DNA of 64,000 nt. It comes from Candidatus Methanomethylophilaceae archaeon (lineage in GTDB: Archaea > Thermoplasmatota > Thermoplasmata > Methanomassiliicoccales > Methanomethylophilaceae). The position numbers and the translations under genes were made by a program. This document shows, in pieces, positions 49,641 through 59,800 of this stretch (position 1 is its first letter; the number at the start of each line of letters is the position of its first letter). The notes beneath the pieces were generated by a model. The model had not been told where the DNA came from and did no database searches. It worked only from the letters and a program-made list of their open reading frames with translations. Location of the stretch: assembly GCA_050950505.1 (NCBI GenBank), contig JBMNHS010000002.1, positions 32,001 to 96,000 on the forward strand. Direction: 5' to 3'.

Positions 49641-50099
49641 ATGATACCTTTTTACGTAAGGCCGATGACAATCTACGACGTCCCGAAAGTTCACTCTCTG
49701 GCCTTCACGAATCTCGATGAATATTATTCCAAGGACGTCTTCAACCTGTTTCTTCAGCAGTGGCCGAACGGACAGCAGGTCGCATGCCGTTATGACGGAG
49801 AAATCATAGGATTCATCTGCGGATCCGATTTGGGGCCGGACCGGGTGGGAGTCGCTCTGTTAGTGGTTGACAAAGAAAGCAGAGGCAACGGAATCGGTTC
49901 GCAATTGCTTTTGACGCTGAGAAGAAACGGAATTCTCCGCGGGGCGCAGACCGTGCGCCTTGAAGTCAGAAAGGAAAACAGAAACGCCTTAAATTTTTAC
50001 AGGAACCGGGGATTTGTGACCGTCGAAACTTTGGAATCCTATTACAAAAACGGCGGAGACGCCATACGTATGATAGGACTCTGCGCAATAGATTCGTAA
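49641..50099 (+). CDS. RimI-like GNAT N-acetyltransferase
   Basis: RGNGIGS, LEVRKENRNALNFY and YYKNGGDA motifs. Confidence 0.9.
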   Translation: MIPFYVRPMTIYDVPKVHSLAFTNLDEYYSKDVFNLFLQQWPNGQQVACRYDGEIIGFICGSDLGPDRVGVALLVVDKESRGNGIGSQLLLTLRRNGILRGAQTVRLEVRKENRNALNFYRNRGFVTVETLESYYKNGGDAIRMIGLCAIDS

Positions 50100-50168
50100 T
50101 TGTGTTTTTGACACGGCATACGATACCTATAAAATATAATGAAGGCTATTTCCTGTTTGAGGTAAAAA

Positions 50169-50894
50169 ATGAATCAAAATGATTTTGATTTCGATGACGA
50201 CCTCTACTTCTGTGATTGTCAGGAGGAGAGGATTCCCCTCATCGGAGAGGACGCGCCCGCATTCGAGGCCAACACCACCCACGGAATGGTTAATTTCCCC
50301 GCAGACTACAAAGGAAAATGGGTTATTTTGTTTTCCCACCCTGCAGACTTCACTCCGGTCTGTTCCACCGAGTTCATGACCTTCGCTTCCATGGCGAACG
50401 ATTTCAAGAAACTCAACACCGAGCTTATCGGACTGTCCATCGATTCGATCCACTCCCACATCGCTTGGGTCAGAGACCTTTGTGAAATGGAATGGGGCCC
50501 TCACAAGAAGGGCGAAGAGATACCCTTCCCGGTTATCGAAGACGTAAGCATGAACGTCGCAAGCAAATACGGAATGGTTCACGACCCGACATCCACTTCC
50601 GCGGTCCGTGCGACCTTCATCATCGATGACAAGGGAGTAATCAGAACCATCCTGTATTATCCGGCAAGCACCGGACGTAACATGGAAGAGATCAAGAGAA
50701 TCGTCATCGCACTTCAGAAGGCAGACAAGGAGAAAATCGCCACACCCGCCAACTGGTGGCCCGGCGACGACGTCATTGTCCCTCCGCCCGGAACCTGCGG
50801 CGGAGTCAAGGATCGCTACGAAGAGATCGACAAGGACAAGGACAAACTCTACTCCTACCGTTGGTATCTGACTTTCCGCAAGGAAAAGAAGTAA
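50169..50894 (+). CDS. Peroxiredoxin (archaeal Prx6 type)
   Basis: FSHPADFTPVCSTE, YYPASTGRN and TPANW motifs. Confidence 0.95.
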   Translation: MNQNDFDFDDDLYFCDCQEERIPLIGEDAPAFEANTTHGMVNFPADYKGKWVILFSHPADFTPVCSTEFMTFASMANDFKKLNTELIGLSIDSIHSHIAWVRDLCEMEWGPHKKGEEIPFPVIEDVSMNVASKYGMVHDPTSTSAVRATFIIDDKGVIRTILYYPASTGRNMEEIKRIVIALQKADKEKIATPANWWPGDDVIVPPPGTCGGVKDRYEEIDKDKDKLYSYRWYLTFRKEKK

Positions 50895-50903
50895 AATCAT
50901 TTC

Positions 50904-50922
50904 AGGGGCGAAAGCCCCTTTC
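50904..50922 (+). terminator. Terminator hairpin after the peroxiredoxin gene
   Basis: AGGGGC-GAAA-GCCCCT followed by T-rich sequence. Confidence 0.7.
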
Positions 50923-50996
50923 AACCATTTTCTTTTGATTTATTTTAATTCAGCGAATGCGCCGACCGTAAAAAATATCGGAGAAAAATGAAAGGC

Positions 50997-51029
50997 GGTC
51001 ACGGGCCGATTTCCTTCAGGCCCGCAACC
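50997..51029 (-). terminator. Terminator hairpin after the Lon-like gene
   Basis: Minus strand GGTTGCGGGCC...GGCCCGTGACC (G-U pairs) followed by T runs. Confidence 0.6.
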
Positions 51030-51047
51030 TTTGGTCTTAAATTGTTT

Positions 51048-52568
51048 TCAGTTGAACATGCTGTCGTCGGGTATGTGCTCGTTCTGGAAATAATACTGCG
51101 AAGTTTCCTTCTGGGCACTTGTGACGTCCTGAGACAATCCCTTGGTGTACGAACCGTAACGCTTGGTAATCTGCTCTTCCACGGGCATGGCGCGTTTCAA
51201 TGCCTCCGTCACGTGCCGAGCCGTGATTATTTCCTCTCCGTTCATGACGGCGATGTCACCCGCCGCACGTATGAGTCCGCCCATCTCCCTGAGTCTCAGA
51301 GTAAGAGCGGAAACCTGTCCGTCCTTCCTTGCTCTGCGGCGCCCCTCTTTGATGAGTTCTTCCACGGCAGGGATTTCCGCATGGGGTATATGACCGTCCT
51401 TCTGCACTTCCTGGGCAACGAATTGGGCGTACATTCCCCGGTTGACGTCGTCGTCGGGCATGGCAATGTCCACCAACACTTCGTAACCGTTTCCGATGAT
51501 ACGGGAACGCAACGGAGACAGAATCTTTTCTATGTCTTGTATGTTGCAGGCGGCGACAAGGATGAAATCACAGGGTACGGCGTCGACCCTCACACTGGCG
51601 CCCGCGGACTGAGGATTGTGCCCCGTAATCGGGAACATTCTGTCCTGCATGGCGGTAAGGATGTACCGTTGAAGATTGCCCAGATGGGAAATCTCGTCGA
51701 TGAACAATACGCCTTCGTGAGCTTCGTGTACCGCGCCCGCCACCACTCTTTGGTATGACGGGGATCCGAGTTTTTCATGTCCTCCGTAGGGATCGTGCAA
51801 CACATCCCCAAGAAGCTCGGCTTCAGATGAACCGGTGGCCATGACGAAAGGATTCCGGGCAAGTTTCACAAGAACTTTTTTGTTCTTGGTGCTTCGGATT
51901 TTCCGTCTGTTTTCCAGACTCTTCTGATCCAACATGCGGATCTTGTCCCCGGCGCGTTCAAAGACCACGGTTTCTTCGGTGCCGTCCGCCAAAGTGCGGG
52001 TGGTGTTCACTCTTTCCTTTCCGGCAAGGGTGATTTGACCTCCGAAGGACTCCATGAGACTGCCGAACAGGTCGGCGAACTGGGCGTTGGGGCCCATGTT
52101 GACCTTGCTTGTCTGACAGTTGGGACATATGAGTTCCTCGGGTTCCGATATGGTGCCGCAGTTCTTACATCTGAATCCAAGGCGTTCCGCGACGTTGGTC
52201 GGGGCGTGTTCCGGGTCCAGGAGTTTGCCCCCGGTTTCCGCGTCAAGGTCCCGTTCAATCATCACTTCCGCCGCATCCACAACTTCCAGCAAAGGCCTTT
52301 CGCTGTTTTCGGGATTCATCACGACTCTTATTTCCTGTTCCGGTTTCGGAAGGTTCATGGAGAGAGCCTGGGCGATCATCGACTTACCGGTGCCCGGCGG
52401 GCCGACCAACAAAAGATTTCTCCGTTGTTTTGCGGCAATCTTGGCCATCTCGATGGCCTGATGCTGCCCCAACACTCTGTCCAACGGGTCCGTGGGCAGA
52501 AGGATTTCTTCCGTGGAGTACATGCCGGAGACATCGCTCCACGTACTGACCGGTGTTTTTTCAGTCAT
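51048..52568 (-). CDS. LonB-like AAA+ ATPase lacking the protease domain, with a Zn-ribbon insert
   Basis: VLGQ, GPPGTGKS, LLGDVLHDP, AHEGVLFIDEI, VPCDF, PLRSRI and LRLREMGGLIR motifs; CKNC..CPNC; no Ser-Lys protease domain. Confidence 0.85.
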   Translation of the reverse strand: MTEKTPVSTWSDVSGMYSTEEILLPTDPLDRVLGQHQAIEMAKIAAKQRRNLLLVGPPGTGKSMIAQALSMNLPKPEQEIRVVMNPENSERPLLEVVDAAEVMIERDLDAETGGKLLDPEHAPTNVAERLGFRCKNCGTISEPEELICPNCQTSKVNMGPNAQFADLFGSLMESFGGQITLAGKERVNTTRTLADGTEETVVFERAGDKIRMLDQKSLENRRKIRSTKNKKVLVKLARNPFVMATGSSEAELLGDVLHDPYGGHEKLGSPSYQRVVAGAVHEAHEGVLFIDEISHLGNLQRYILTAMQDRMFPITGHNPQSAGASVRVDAVPCDFILVAACNIQDIEKILSPLRSRIIGNGYEVLVDIAMPDDDVNRGMYAQFVAQEVQKDGHIPHAEIPAVEELIKEGRRRARKDGQVSALTLRLREMGGLIRAAGDIAVMNGEEIITARHVTEALKRAMPVEEQITKRYGSYTKGLSQDVTSAQKETSQYYFQNEHIPDDSMFN

Positions 52569-52578
52569 TTGTTTTCAC

Positions 52579-53994
52579 TCAGTAAAAATCATCCTTGGAC
52601 CATATGATTATGTCGGCGGGAAGTTTGGAAATTTTCCCTTTGCGGGTGGCGACGACAATGCCGATGCCGTTTTCCTCACTGACGTCGATCAGTCTCTGCG
52701 AGATGACTCCGTCGAACACGATGGATGCCACACCTTCAGAGTCTTCTTTGAGGATATCCGCCAGGTTCTTGACCGGAACTTCTTTGATGACGTTCTTTTC
52801 CCCGTCGAGGATTTTTGCATTGTGGGTGGATGCGAGTTCCGCAAGCACGTCCTTGTAGAACTGCTGTTCTTCGGTAAGGACTTTCTCGGGGCGTTTGGAG
52901 GTTCTCTTCCCTTTGAGGGTTCTTGTGGATTTTTCATCCTTATCCTGCTTGTCGTCGTCATCGGATTCCTTGGGCTTTTCTTCCTCTTTGGGTTCCCGGG
53001 TTTCTTTCTTTTTGAATCTCTCCGCGGTTTCGGGATCGAATCTTTCCCTTCTCTGCTGACGTTCTTCGGATCTGCCGTTTCTGCGTTCTTCGGACTTGCG
53101 TTCTTCGGACTTGCTTTCTCTCTTGGGCCGTTCCTTCTTTTCTTCTTCCTCGTCGTCCACGGTAATGTTGTTCATTTCCATGTACTGGTCCGCGGGAATC
53201 TTGTTCCTGAGGCATTTCACGAGCTGTTTCTGCGTCAGTTCTTCGACTTCATGGGCTCTGGGAGCTCTTGCGACGAAGTCCACTTCCGCAACCTGGAAAA
53301 GTTCTTTGAGAATCAGTTCTCCGCCTCTGTCGCCGTCCACGAATGCGGTAACCACCCTTTCCCGGGAAAGTTCCTGCACTGTTTCGGGTATGTCCGTGCC
53401 TTCGACCGCAATCGCGTTCTTGATGCCGGATTTGAGACAGTTGATGACATCGGATCTTCCTTCGACGACAATGATCGCTTCGGAGTCTTTGACATTGGGT
53501 CCGGCGGGACATTTGTCCTTGCCGAAAGAAACAATCTCTTCGACCTGGAGAGTTTTCCTTATGTCGTCGATAAGATCGGAGCTGGTGCCTTTGGACTGTG
53601 TGATAAGCTCTTTGAGAAGTTCTCTTGCCCTGTCGGCGACCATTTCTCTCTTTGTTATCCTTACGTCCTCGATACTTGTGACTTTTATGTTGGCTCTGCA
53701 GGGCCCCACTCTGTCGACGGTCTCAAGAGCGGAAGCGAGCAAAACCGTTTCCACCTGATCGAGACTTGACGACATTATGACGGAACCTTCCGATCTTCCG
53801 CCTTTGGATGTCACTTCAACCTCTATTCTTCCGATCCTTCCGGTCTTCTGGAGGTCTCTCAAATCAAGGTCGTCACCGAGAAGTCCCTCGGTCTGACCAA
53901 AAATTGCGCCCACGACATCAGGTTTTTCTACCACGCCGTCGGCGGTCATCTTCGCCTTGACCAAATATTTCGTAGCTGTTGGATCTGCGTACAT
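52579..53994 (-). CDS. dnaG: Archaeal DnaG (TOPRIM, exosome-associated)
   Basis: KPDVVGAIFGQTEGLLG, VEGRSDV, DGDRGG and FDGVISQRL motifs; charged low-complexity linker. Confidence 0.96.
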   Translation of the reverse strand: MYADPTATKYLVKAKMTADGVVEKPDVVGAIFGQTEGLLGDDLDLRDLQKTGRIGRIEVEVTSKGGRSEGSVIMSSSLDQVETVLLASALETVDRVGPCRANIKVTSIEDVRITKREMVADRARELLKELITQSKGTSSDLIDDIRKTLQVEEIVSFGKDKCPAGPNVKDSEAIIVVEGRSDVINCLKSGIKNAIAVEGTDIPETVQELSRERVVTAFVDGDRGGELILKELFQVAEVDFVARAPRAHEVEELTQKQLVKCLRNKIPADQYMEMNNITVDDEEEEKKERPKRESKSEERKSEERRNGRSEERQQRRERFDPETAERFKKKETREPKEEEKPKESDDDDKQDKDEKSTRTLKGKRTSKRPEKVLTEEQQFYKDVLAELASTHNAKILDGEKNVIKEVPVKNLADILKEDSEGVASIVFDGVISQRLIDVSEENGIGIVVATRKGKISKLPADIIIWSKDDFY

Positions 53995-54203
53995 TTTTTA
54001 ATCTTCCTTGAAGGGAAGCATACGCCCTGCTCAGTCTTGTATCACGGTCTTTTGTCCGTATGACTGTATCTCGTTTCAGACCTTATTGATTTCCCGCATC
54101 CCGCGGGAGGTATGTATGTTGGTTCTGATGCAACCCGGTCCCACGCGGACGGAGTTGCCGATTGATAGTGAATCAGTGAACAGGGAGTATTCAATTCCCC
54201 TGA
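53995..54203 (-). promoter_or_regulatory. Putative ~205-nt structured 5' leader of dnaG
   Basis: TTATAA box at ~54224-54231 followed by five predicted hairpins before the ATG. Confidence 0.5.
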
Positions 54204-54297
54204 TATCATGATAGCACATCATGCTTATAAGGCTTTGTAGGATGATTGCTCCATCCATGGAATACGATGCACAATCCAGTGTTTTAACGCAAATTCA

Positions 54298-54330
54298 TGA
54301 CGGTTCCGTGAAAGGTTCACGAAACCGTCA
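54298..54330 (-). terminator. Hairpin after the YhaN-like gene
   Basis: Minus strand TGACGGTTTCGTGAA-cct-TTCACGGAACCGTCA (15-bp stem with one G-U). Confidence 0.65.
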
Positions 54331-54338
54331 ATAAAGTT

Positions 54339-56693
54339 TCAGCGTTCCATTTTTATGATTTCGGCTCCGATTTCGGACATGTAACTGCGGGTTTCCCGGT
54401 CACAGGTAAACAGCAGAATCTGCATTTCTTCCGCAACTTCGGCCAATGCCTCGCAGGCGCCCTTCTTCCTTTCGGAATCGAACACCAGCAAAACATCATC
54501 CAACAGAATCGGAAGAGTTTCTTTGGAAAGCTCTTTCGCAACCGCCAGTTTAAGGGAAAGGCAGACCTGTCCCGCAAGCCCGGAACTCCATTTGTCCCCG
54601 GTTTTGACTTCGGTGCCGGTTATCACGGCGACGTCATTGGTTCTCGGGTCGTTGTACATGCGGTATTCTCCGCCGGTCATCATCCCCAGATAACGGTCCG
54701 CAGTCTGAATGACGGCGGGCTGCATGTTTTCGTATATGTCGTCGCAGGCATTGTCGACGATGGTGCGTTCAAGAGACAGCACCCCCCATCTCCTTACCTG
54801 TTCTTCGAGCTCGGCTTCCAAAGCGCTTCTTTCGTTGTACAGTCTTTCGGTGTCGCTGTCGTTCAGAATGTTCTTTTTCTCTCTTTGGATTCTGCCGATA
54901 TGCCTTTGCAGTTCATCGATTTCGTTCTGACGGTCTTCGGGCAATTCGGGAATTTCTTCGTTCGGATTCACGCCGTAATTCTCCAACGCTTCCTTCAACC
55001 CGTTAATTCTCACGTCCAATTTGTCGCGTTCGGCTTTGAGATTCACGATTCTTTCCAACTCTTCGTAACTTCCGTAAGGTTGGAGATATCCGTTCATCTC
55101 CGAAGAAGCCGTTGAGAATTCTTCTGTAGCCTTGGTAAAGTTCTCCGAAGCCTCGGCAAGTCTCGGAACGTTCTCCGCGGTCTTCCTCAGTCTGCGGACA
55201 TCTTCTTCGAAGGTCACGGAAGTCCAACCGACGGCATCGATTACGTTTTTCAGTTCCTTGTTCAGATTCCGGAGGATATCGTCCTGATCGGAAATCTTTG
55301 AGATTTGTGTTTCGCCCACTTTCCTCAGTTTTCTTATTTCTTCAATCATCGGAATTAGGCGGACGGCTTCCGATCTGGTCGTTTCCCTCGGAAATCCTTT
55401 TGCGGCTATGAAATCCGGGAAGTCGTCTTTGGTTTCTTCACCGTAGCGGCTTCTCAGAACCAACACCGCACCCAGAACGAACATTACGGCTCCGACGGCA
55501 TATATCGGCACAGTGCCCGTAACCGCGGCGATTCCCGTAAACAGGAATCCCAGCAGAACGGCCAGAAGGGGCGGGATGTAATTGATTTCGGTTTTGGTCA
55601 AAGGAGTTTCCGCCCGTCTCACCGTTTCGGGACCGGTATCCGCGGAGTCGATGATGCCGTCGTTCAGTCCCTCGGACTCCATGAGTTTTGAAATTTTACT
55701 TCTTGTTTCATTGAGTTCGGTTTCAATTTCGGACTTTCTGGTTTCGGCAGATCTGTGGGTTCCTATGTTTTCGTTCAGATAGCGTATTTTTTCGCTGTTT
55801 TCAATCAACGCCCCGGAATCCGCATCCCCGACGCTTTCCTTTATCTCGTTGAAGGATTTTTCTGCGGATTCCTTTTTCTTTGCGGCGTTTCCCACTTTGA
55901 GTTTCAATTCTTTGCAGGTGTCCAAACCCTCCGCGGGTGCTTTATCGGCATCTTCCATGGTTTTCCGGGTTTCAGTAAACTCGTTCAGATTGGACACCGT
56001 CTGATTCAGGGTTTTGTGCTTTTTCCTCAGTTCCAAAATTTCCTGACGTTTTTCCTGTTCTTCCTTCAGCACGAGAATTTCTTTTTCCTTTTCCTCCTCT
56101 TCGGCGGCAAGTCTTCCGTATTCCGGACCTTTTGTTTTGGCGTCTTCAATCTTTACCTTCACGTTTTCTATTTCTTTGAGGATTTTCCCGATTCCTTTGT
56201 TGTCGGTGTGTCTGGAATCGTTCAGCAAATCATTCATTCCGGTATTGATGTCTTCGGAAATCCGGGGCAGGTTTTCGCCTCCGGGAATCGTAAGGAATCT
56301 TCGTTTGATGTCTCCGGAAGCCACCAATTCCGTATCGATGAGATCTTCCGGATTCATGGCGTAGACTTTCTGATACACCTCGGGGGTGATTCCGGTAAGG
56401 TCTTCGGGCATGACGCCGGTGTCGGAAGAGGATTTGGTTCCGTCGCGGGTCACGGTGAATTTCTTTCCGTCGTCGGTGATGCAGTCCACCTCCCCGGAAT
56501 CCGTTTTTTCGTGTTGGGGATAAACACCCTTCCGTTTTCCGGTTCTGAACAGTGTGGTTCTGATGAACTCTTTCAAAGTGGTTTTGCCGCTTTCGTTTTC
56601 TCCGAAGAATACCGTCATCCCCGGGTCGAGGGGGCCAACGTCCCGGTTGGCAAGCTTTCCGAACAGTTTGATTCGGACACTGTCGATTTTCAT
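54339..56693 (-). CDS. YhaN-like (AAA_27) SMC/Rad50-type ATPase
   Basis: FGENESGKTT; long coiled coil with central hydrophobic hairpin; WSSG and ILLDDVLLVFD motifs. Confidence 0.88.
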   Translation of the reverse strand: MKIDSVRIKLFGKLANRDVGPLDPGMTVFFGENESGKTTLKEFIRTTLFRTGKRKGVYPQHEKTDSGEVDCITDDGKKFTVTRDGTKSSSDTGVMPEDLTGITPEVYQKVYAMNPEDLIDTELVASGDIKRRFLTIPGGENLPRISEDINTGMNDLLNDSRHTDNKGIGKILKEIENVKVKIEDAKTKGPEYGRLAAEEEEKEKEILVLKEEQEKRQEILELRKKHKTLNQTVSNLNEFTETRKTMEDADKAPAEGLDTCKELKLKVGNAAKKKESAEKSFNEIKESVGDADSGALIENSEKIRYLNENIGTHRSAETRKSEIETELNETRSKISKLMESEGLNDGIIDSADTGPETVRRAETPLTKTEINYIPPLLAVLLGFLFTGIAAVTGTVPIYAVGAVMFVLGAVLVLRSRYGEETKDDFPDFIAAKGFPRETTRSEAVRLIPMIEEIRKLRKVGETQISKISDQDDILRNLNKELKNVIDAVGWTSVTFEEDVRRLRKTAENVPRLAEASENFTKATEEFSTASSEMNGYLQPYGSYEELERIVNLKAERDKLDVRINGLKEALENYGVNPNEEIPELPEDRQNEIDELQRHIGRIQREKKNILNDSDTERLYNERSALEAELEEQVRRWGVLSLERTIVDNACDDIYENMQPAVIQTADRYLGMMTGGEYRMYNDPRTNDVAVITGTEVKTGDKWSSGLAGQVCLSLKLAVAKELSKETLPILLDDVLLVFDSERKKGACEALAEVAEEMQILLFTCDRETRSYMSEIGAEIIKMER

Positions 56694-57877
56694 TCTGCTG
56701 CCTCCGACAGACGGTCGGTGAGCTTCGCCCCGGCATCGAAAATCATTGTTTTCAAATCATCATCCGTCATGTTTTCGAAATGACTCATTATGTATTTTTT
56801 GGAAACGCCGGTGCTGCAGATAAGATCAATCAATTCCCCCCGGTCCGCGGATTCCAAGGATTCGGTGACTTCCATAATTTTTGAAAGCAAATCATTTTTG
56901 CCGACGGTCGGCAGATTCTCAGGTTTCGATTTGACGTCTATGCTTTCGATGATGCAGCCGGTTCTGTTTTCCACCGTTCTTATCACATCATCGTATTCTT
57001 TTCTGATCATTCCGTCAAGGGAACCTCTCCCCGTGACCGTCAGTCTGACGATGGAACCTCTATTGACGATTGAAGCGACTTCATCGATGAAACTGTTCAG
57101 ATTGTATTCGGTTATGTCGATTTCCCCCGTTTCCCAGAGGATGGTCTGGGTGGGAACGAATTTCAGATCTCTCACGACATCGCTTTCCACGGTTACGACA
57201 TAAGCGCCCTTCTCCCCGGATTCTTTGATGTTCCGCCCCTGGGGATTTCCCGGATACACGACGTAAGGGCGTTCGTTGAGCACTCCGCCTTTGTGGATGT
57301 GGCCCAATGCCCAGTAATCGATGTTCTTGCCCATCAGATCGGTCATGGTGCAGGGAGCGTACACCGAGTCGTCTCCGCCGTCCATGTCGCAGTGGACGCA
57401 GCCGATGGTAAACAGATTGCCGGAACCCTTCAATTTCGAGGCGAGATTTTCTTTGGTGTGTTTTTCCGTGAAACTGATTCCCGTCAATTCCACCAGCCCT
57501 CCGTTTTTCAGACTGTGGATGACAGTTTCGGGTTCTCCCCCGAATTCACGTGCGTTGGGAGGGAGCGGGATGCTGTTCTCCCAACCTGTGCGGAAATCGT
57601 GGTTTCCCCGGACGATATAACAGGGAACTTCGGCTTTTTCCAACAGTTCGGTATAGCGGGCTCTTGTGCCGGGGGTGGTGGTATCGGAATCGAACATATC
57701 CCCGGAAATAACCAAAAAGTCCGCATTTTCAGAATGAACGAGATCCACGATGCCGGAGAAGGAATCGAAAGTGGATTCGAACATCCTTTCCGCCAATTCC
57801 TTATCTTTGGACCTTACACCGGAGAATCTGCTGCCAAGGTGCAGATCCGCACAATGTATGAATTTGAAATCAGACAT
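56690..57877 (-). CDS. YhaO-like Mre11/SbcD metallophosphoesterase nuclease
   Basis: HCADLHLG, SGDMFD, RGNHD, WALGHIH and YPGNPQGR motifs. Confidence 0.92.
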   Translation of the reverse strand: MSDFKFIHCADLHLGSRFSGVRSKDKELAERMFESTFDSFSGIVDLVHSENADFLVISGDMFDSDTTTPGTRARYTELLEKAEVPCYIVRGNHDFRTGWENSIPLPPNAREFGGEPETVIHSLKNGGLVELTGISFTEKHTKENLASKLKGSGNLFTIGCVHCDMDGGDDSVYAPCTMTDLMGKNIDYWALGHIHKGGVLNERPYVVYPGNPQGRNIKESGEKGAYVVTVESDVVRDLKFVPTQTILWETGEIDITEYNLNSFIDEVASIVNRGSIVRLTVTGRGSLDGMIRKEYDDVIRTVENRTGCIIESIDVKSKPENLPTVGKNDLLSKIMEVTESLESADRGELIDLICSTGVSKKYIMSHFENMTDDDLKTMIFDAGAKLTDRLSEAAE

Positions 57878-58000
57878 GATTCTCCGAATGGGTCCTTAAC
57901 GTTATAAATCAAATCCGAAGAGGTCGCCGTATCAACCGAAAATGAATATGCGGAAAAGGTTGTAAATAATATAGTAATAGGACCTTTCGACGGTTATCAT

Positions 58001-59800
58001 ATGAAATGCATAAAGAACAGGGTCCGGAAAGAAGTCGAAAGAGGTTGCATAGGTTCGGACCTGAGCTGTCCGTACCACCCGTCACATTTCATCGGGCAGG
58101 ATTGCACCTTCTGTTATTGCCCCTTCTACCCCTGCAGGGACCCTTTGCTCGGAAAATCGATAGTTTCCAAGAGAGGCGGAGATATCTGGGATTGTTCCGA
58201 CTGCCTGTTCATTCACAGAACCGAAGCCGTCGAATTCATCATGAAAGAAATCCGTGACAGAGGTTTCGATAACTGCGATGACGGTGTCATGAAAGAAATT
58301 TTGGAAGAAACGAAGAAAAGATTCTGGAGAAAAGGCAAAGCACTGATGGTGCTCGGTGCGACCTCGGATGCCGGAAAATCCATCACCGTGACTGCTTTGT
58401 GCAGAATTTTACAGAGAAAAGGGATGTTGGTGGTCCCTTTCAAATCCCAAAATATGAGTTTGAATTCCAAAGTTACCCGCACCGGTTCGGAGATAGCCAT
58501 GATTCAGGCGTTGCAGGCACAGGCCGCGGGACTGAAAAACACAAATCATCACATGAATCCTATACTAATGAAGCCAAAGGGCGACACAACCTCCCAGGTA
58601 ATCGTTCACGGAAAGCCCTTCGGCGATTACGACGTGGAATCCTATTACAGGGAATTTGTTCCCGGCCCCGGCATAAAAGCGGTCAGGGAAAGTCTGGATT
58701 TTCTTAAAAATCGGTATGACGCAGTGATTATGGAAGGCGCCGGTTCTCCTGCCGAGATAAACATTTACGATTATGATATTGCCAACATGAAGGCCGCCGA
58801 GGCCGCGGATGCGGACTGTATCCTCGTCGTAAACGCCGAATGGGGCGGTTCTTTCGCGTACGCTTTGGGCACCGTCGAACTGATACCGGAAGAAGACAGA
58901 AAACGCATAAAAGGCATCGTCATAAACAACGTTCGGGGAGATCCCGAAAAGATGAAATCCGGAGTGAAGGAACTGGAAGAGCTGACAGGAATACCGGTAA
59001 TCGGAATAATTTCCCACGCAGATGTGAGACTTCCCGCCGAGGATTCGAATTCCTTCAGAATCTCCTGTGAAGCCGGCGACGGAAAGATTACGGTTGCAGT
59101 CGTCAAGTTTCCTAGAATATCGAACTTCTCGGATTTTGACCCTTTGCTGTTGGAAGATGTTTCAATCAGGTTCGTTGAAACCCCTGAAGGATTGGATGAC
59201 GTCGACGCCGTGATACTTCCGGGAACCAAGAACACGATTTCCGATCTGAACTGGATGAAGGACAACGGAATCGCTTTGAAACTGGAGTCGATCAAAGGCA
59301 AAATCCCAATAATGGGAATCTGCGGAGGATACCAGATGATGGGAAAACTCCTTTCGGATCCCGACGGCGTGGAAGGAATCCCTTCCGAAGCCGAAGGATT
59401 GGGATTCTTTGACGACGTCACCGTGTGGAAAAAAGGAACGGATGTTCTCAGACGGGCGGACGGAAAAATACTGTCACGGGGCGGGGACGTGTCCGGATAT
59501 GAAACACACGAGGGAATCACCGAGGTAAAGGAAAATCCGCTGTTCGGATTCAAAACGTTCAACGGGGACTTCATGGAAGGTTCCGTAAGGGAAAACGAGT
59601 TGTTGTTGGGAACCTATCTTCACGGGGTGTTCGATTCCGTCGATTTCAGAAACTATTTCCTTTCGTTCATCGAAAACGCGGGTCAAGGGTCCGGAATCGA
59701 GTATTACGAATTCTTGGACGAAAATATTGACAGACTCGCGGACGTTTTCGAGAATGCCTTGGACATGGATGCAATCATGAAACTGACGGAGGCGGACTGA
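58001..59800 (+). CDS. cobQ: Cobyric acid synthase with N-terminal cysteine-rich small domain
   Basis: CPYHPSH..QDCTFCYCPFYPC..WDCSDC N-domain; GATSDAGKS, PFKSQNMSLN, EGAGSPAE, PGTKNT, GICGGYQM and GTYLHG motifs. Confidence 0.94.
   Translation: MKCIKNRVRKEVERGCIGSDLSCPYHPSHFIGQDCTFCYCPFYPCRDPLLGKSIVSKRGGDIWDCSDCLFIHRTEAVEFIMKEIRDRGFDNCDDGVMKEILEETKKRFWRKGKALMVLGATSDAGKSITVTALCRILQRKGMLVVPFKSQNMSLNSKVTRTGSEIAMIQALQAQAAGLKNTNHHMNPILMKPKGDTTSQVIVHGKPFGDYDVESYYREFVPGPGIKAVRESLDFLKNRYDAVIMEGAGSPAEINIYDYDIANMKAAEAADADCILVVNAEWGGSFAYALGTVELIPEEDRKRIKGIVINNVRGDPEKMKSGVKELEELTGIPVIGIISHADVRLPAEDSNSFRISCEAGDGKITVAVVKFPRISNFSDFDPLLLEDVSIRFVETPEGLDDVDAVILPGTKNTISDLNWMKDNGIALKLESIKGKIPIMGICGGYQMMGKLLSDPDGVEGIPSEAEGLGFFDDVTVWKKGTDVLRRADGKILSRGGDVSGYETHEGITEVKENPLFGFKTFNGDFMEGSVRENELLLGTYLHGVFDSVDFRNYFLSFIENAGQGSGIEYYEFLDENIDRLADVFENALDMDAIMKLTEAD

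Noticed and set aside
54076-54258. 60-aa leader peptide upstream of dnaG
   Set aside because: It starts upstream of the likely TATA box and has no RBS or recognisable composition.
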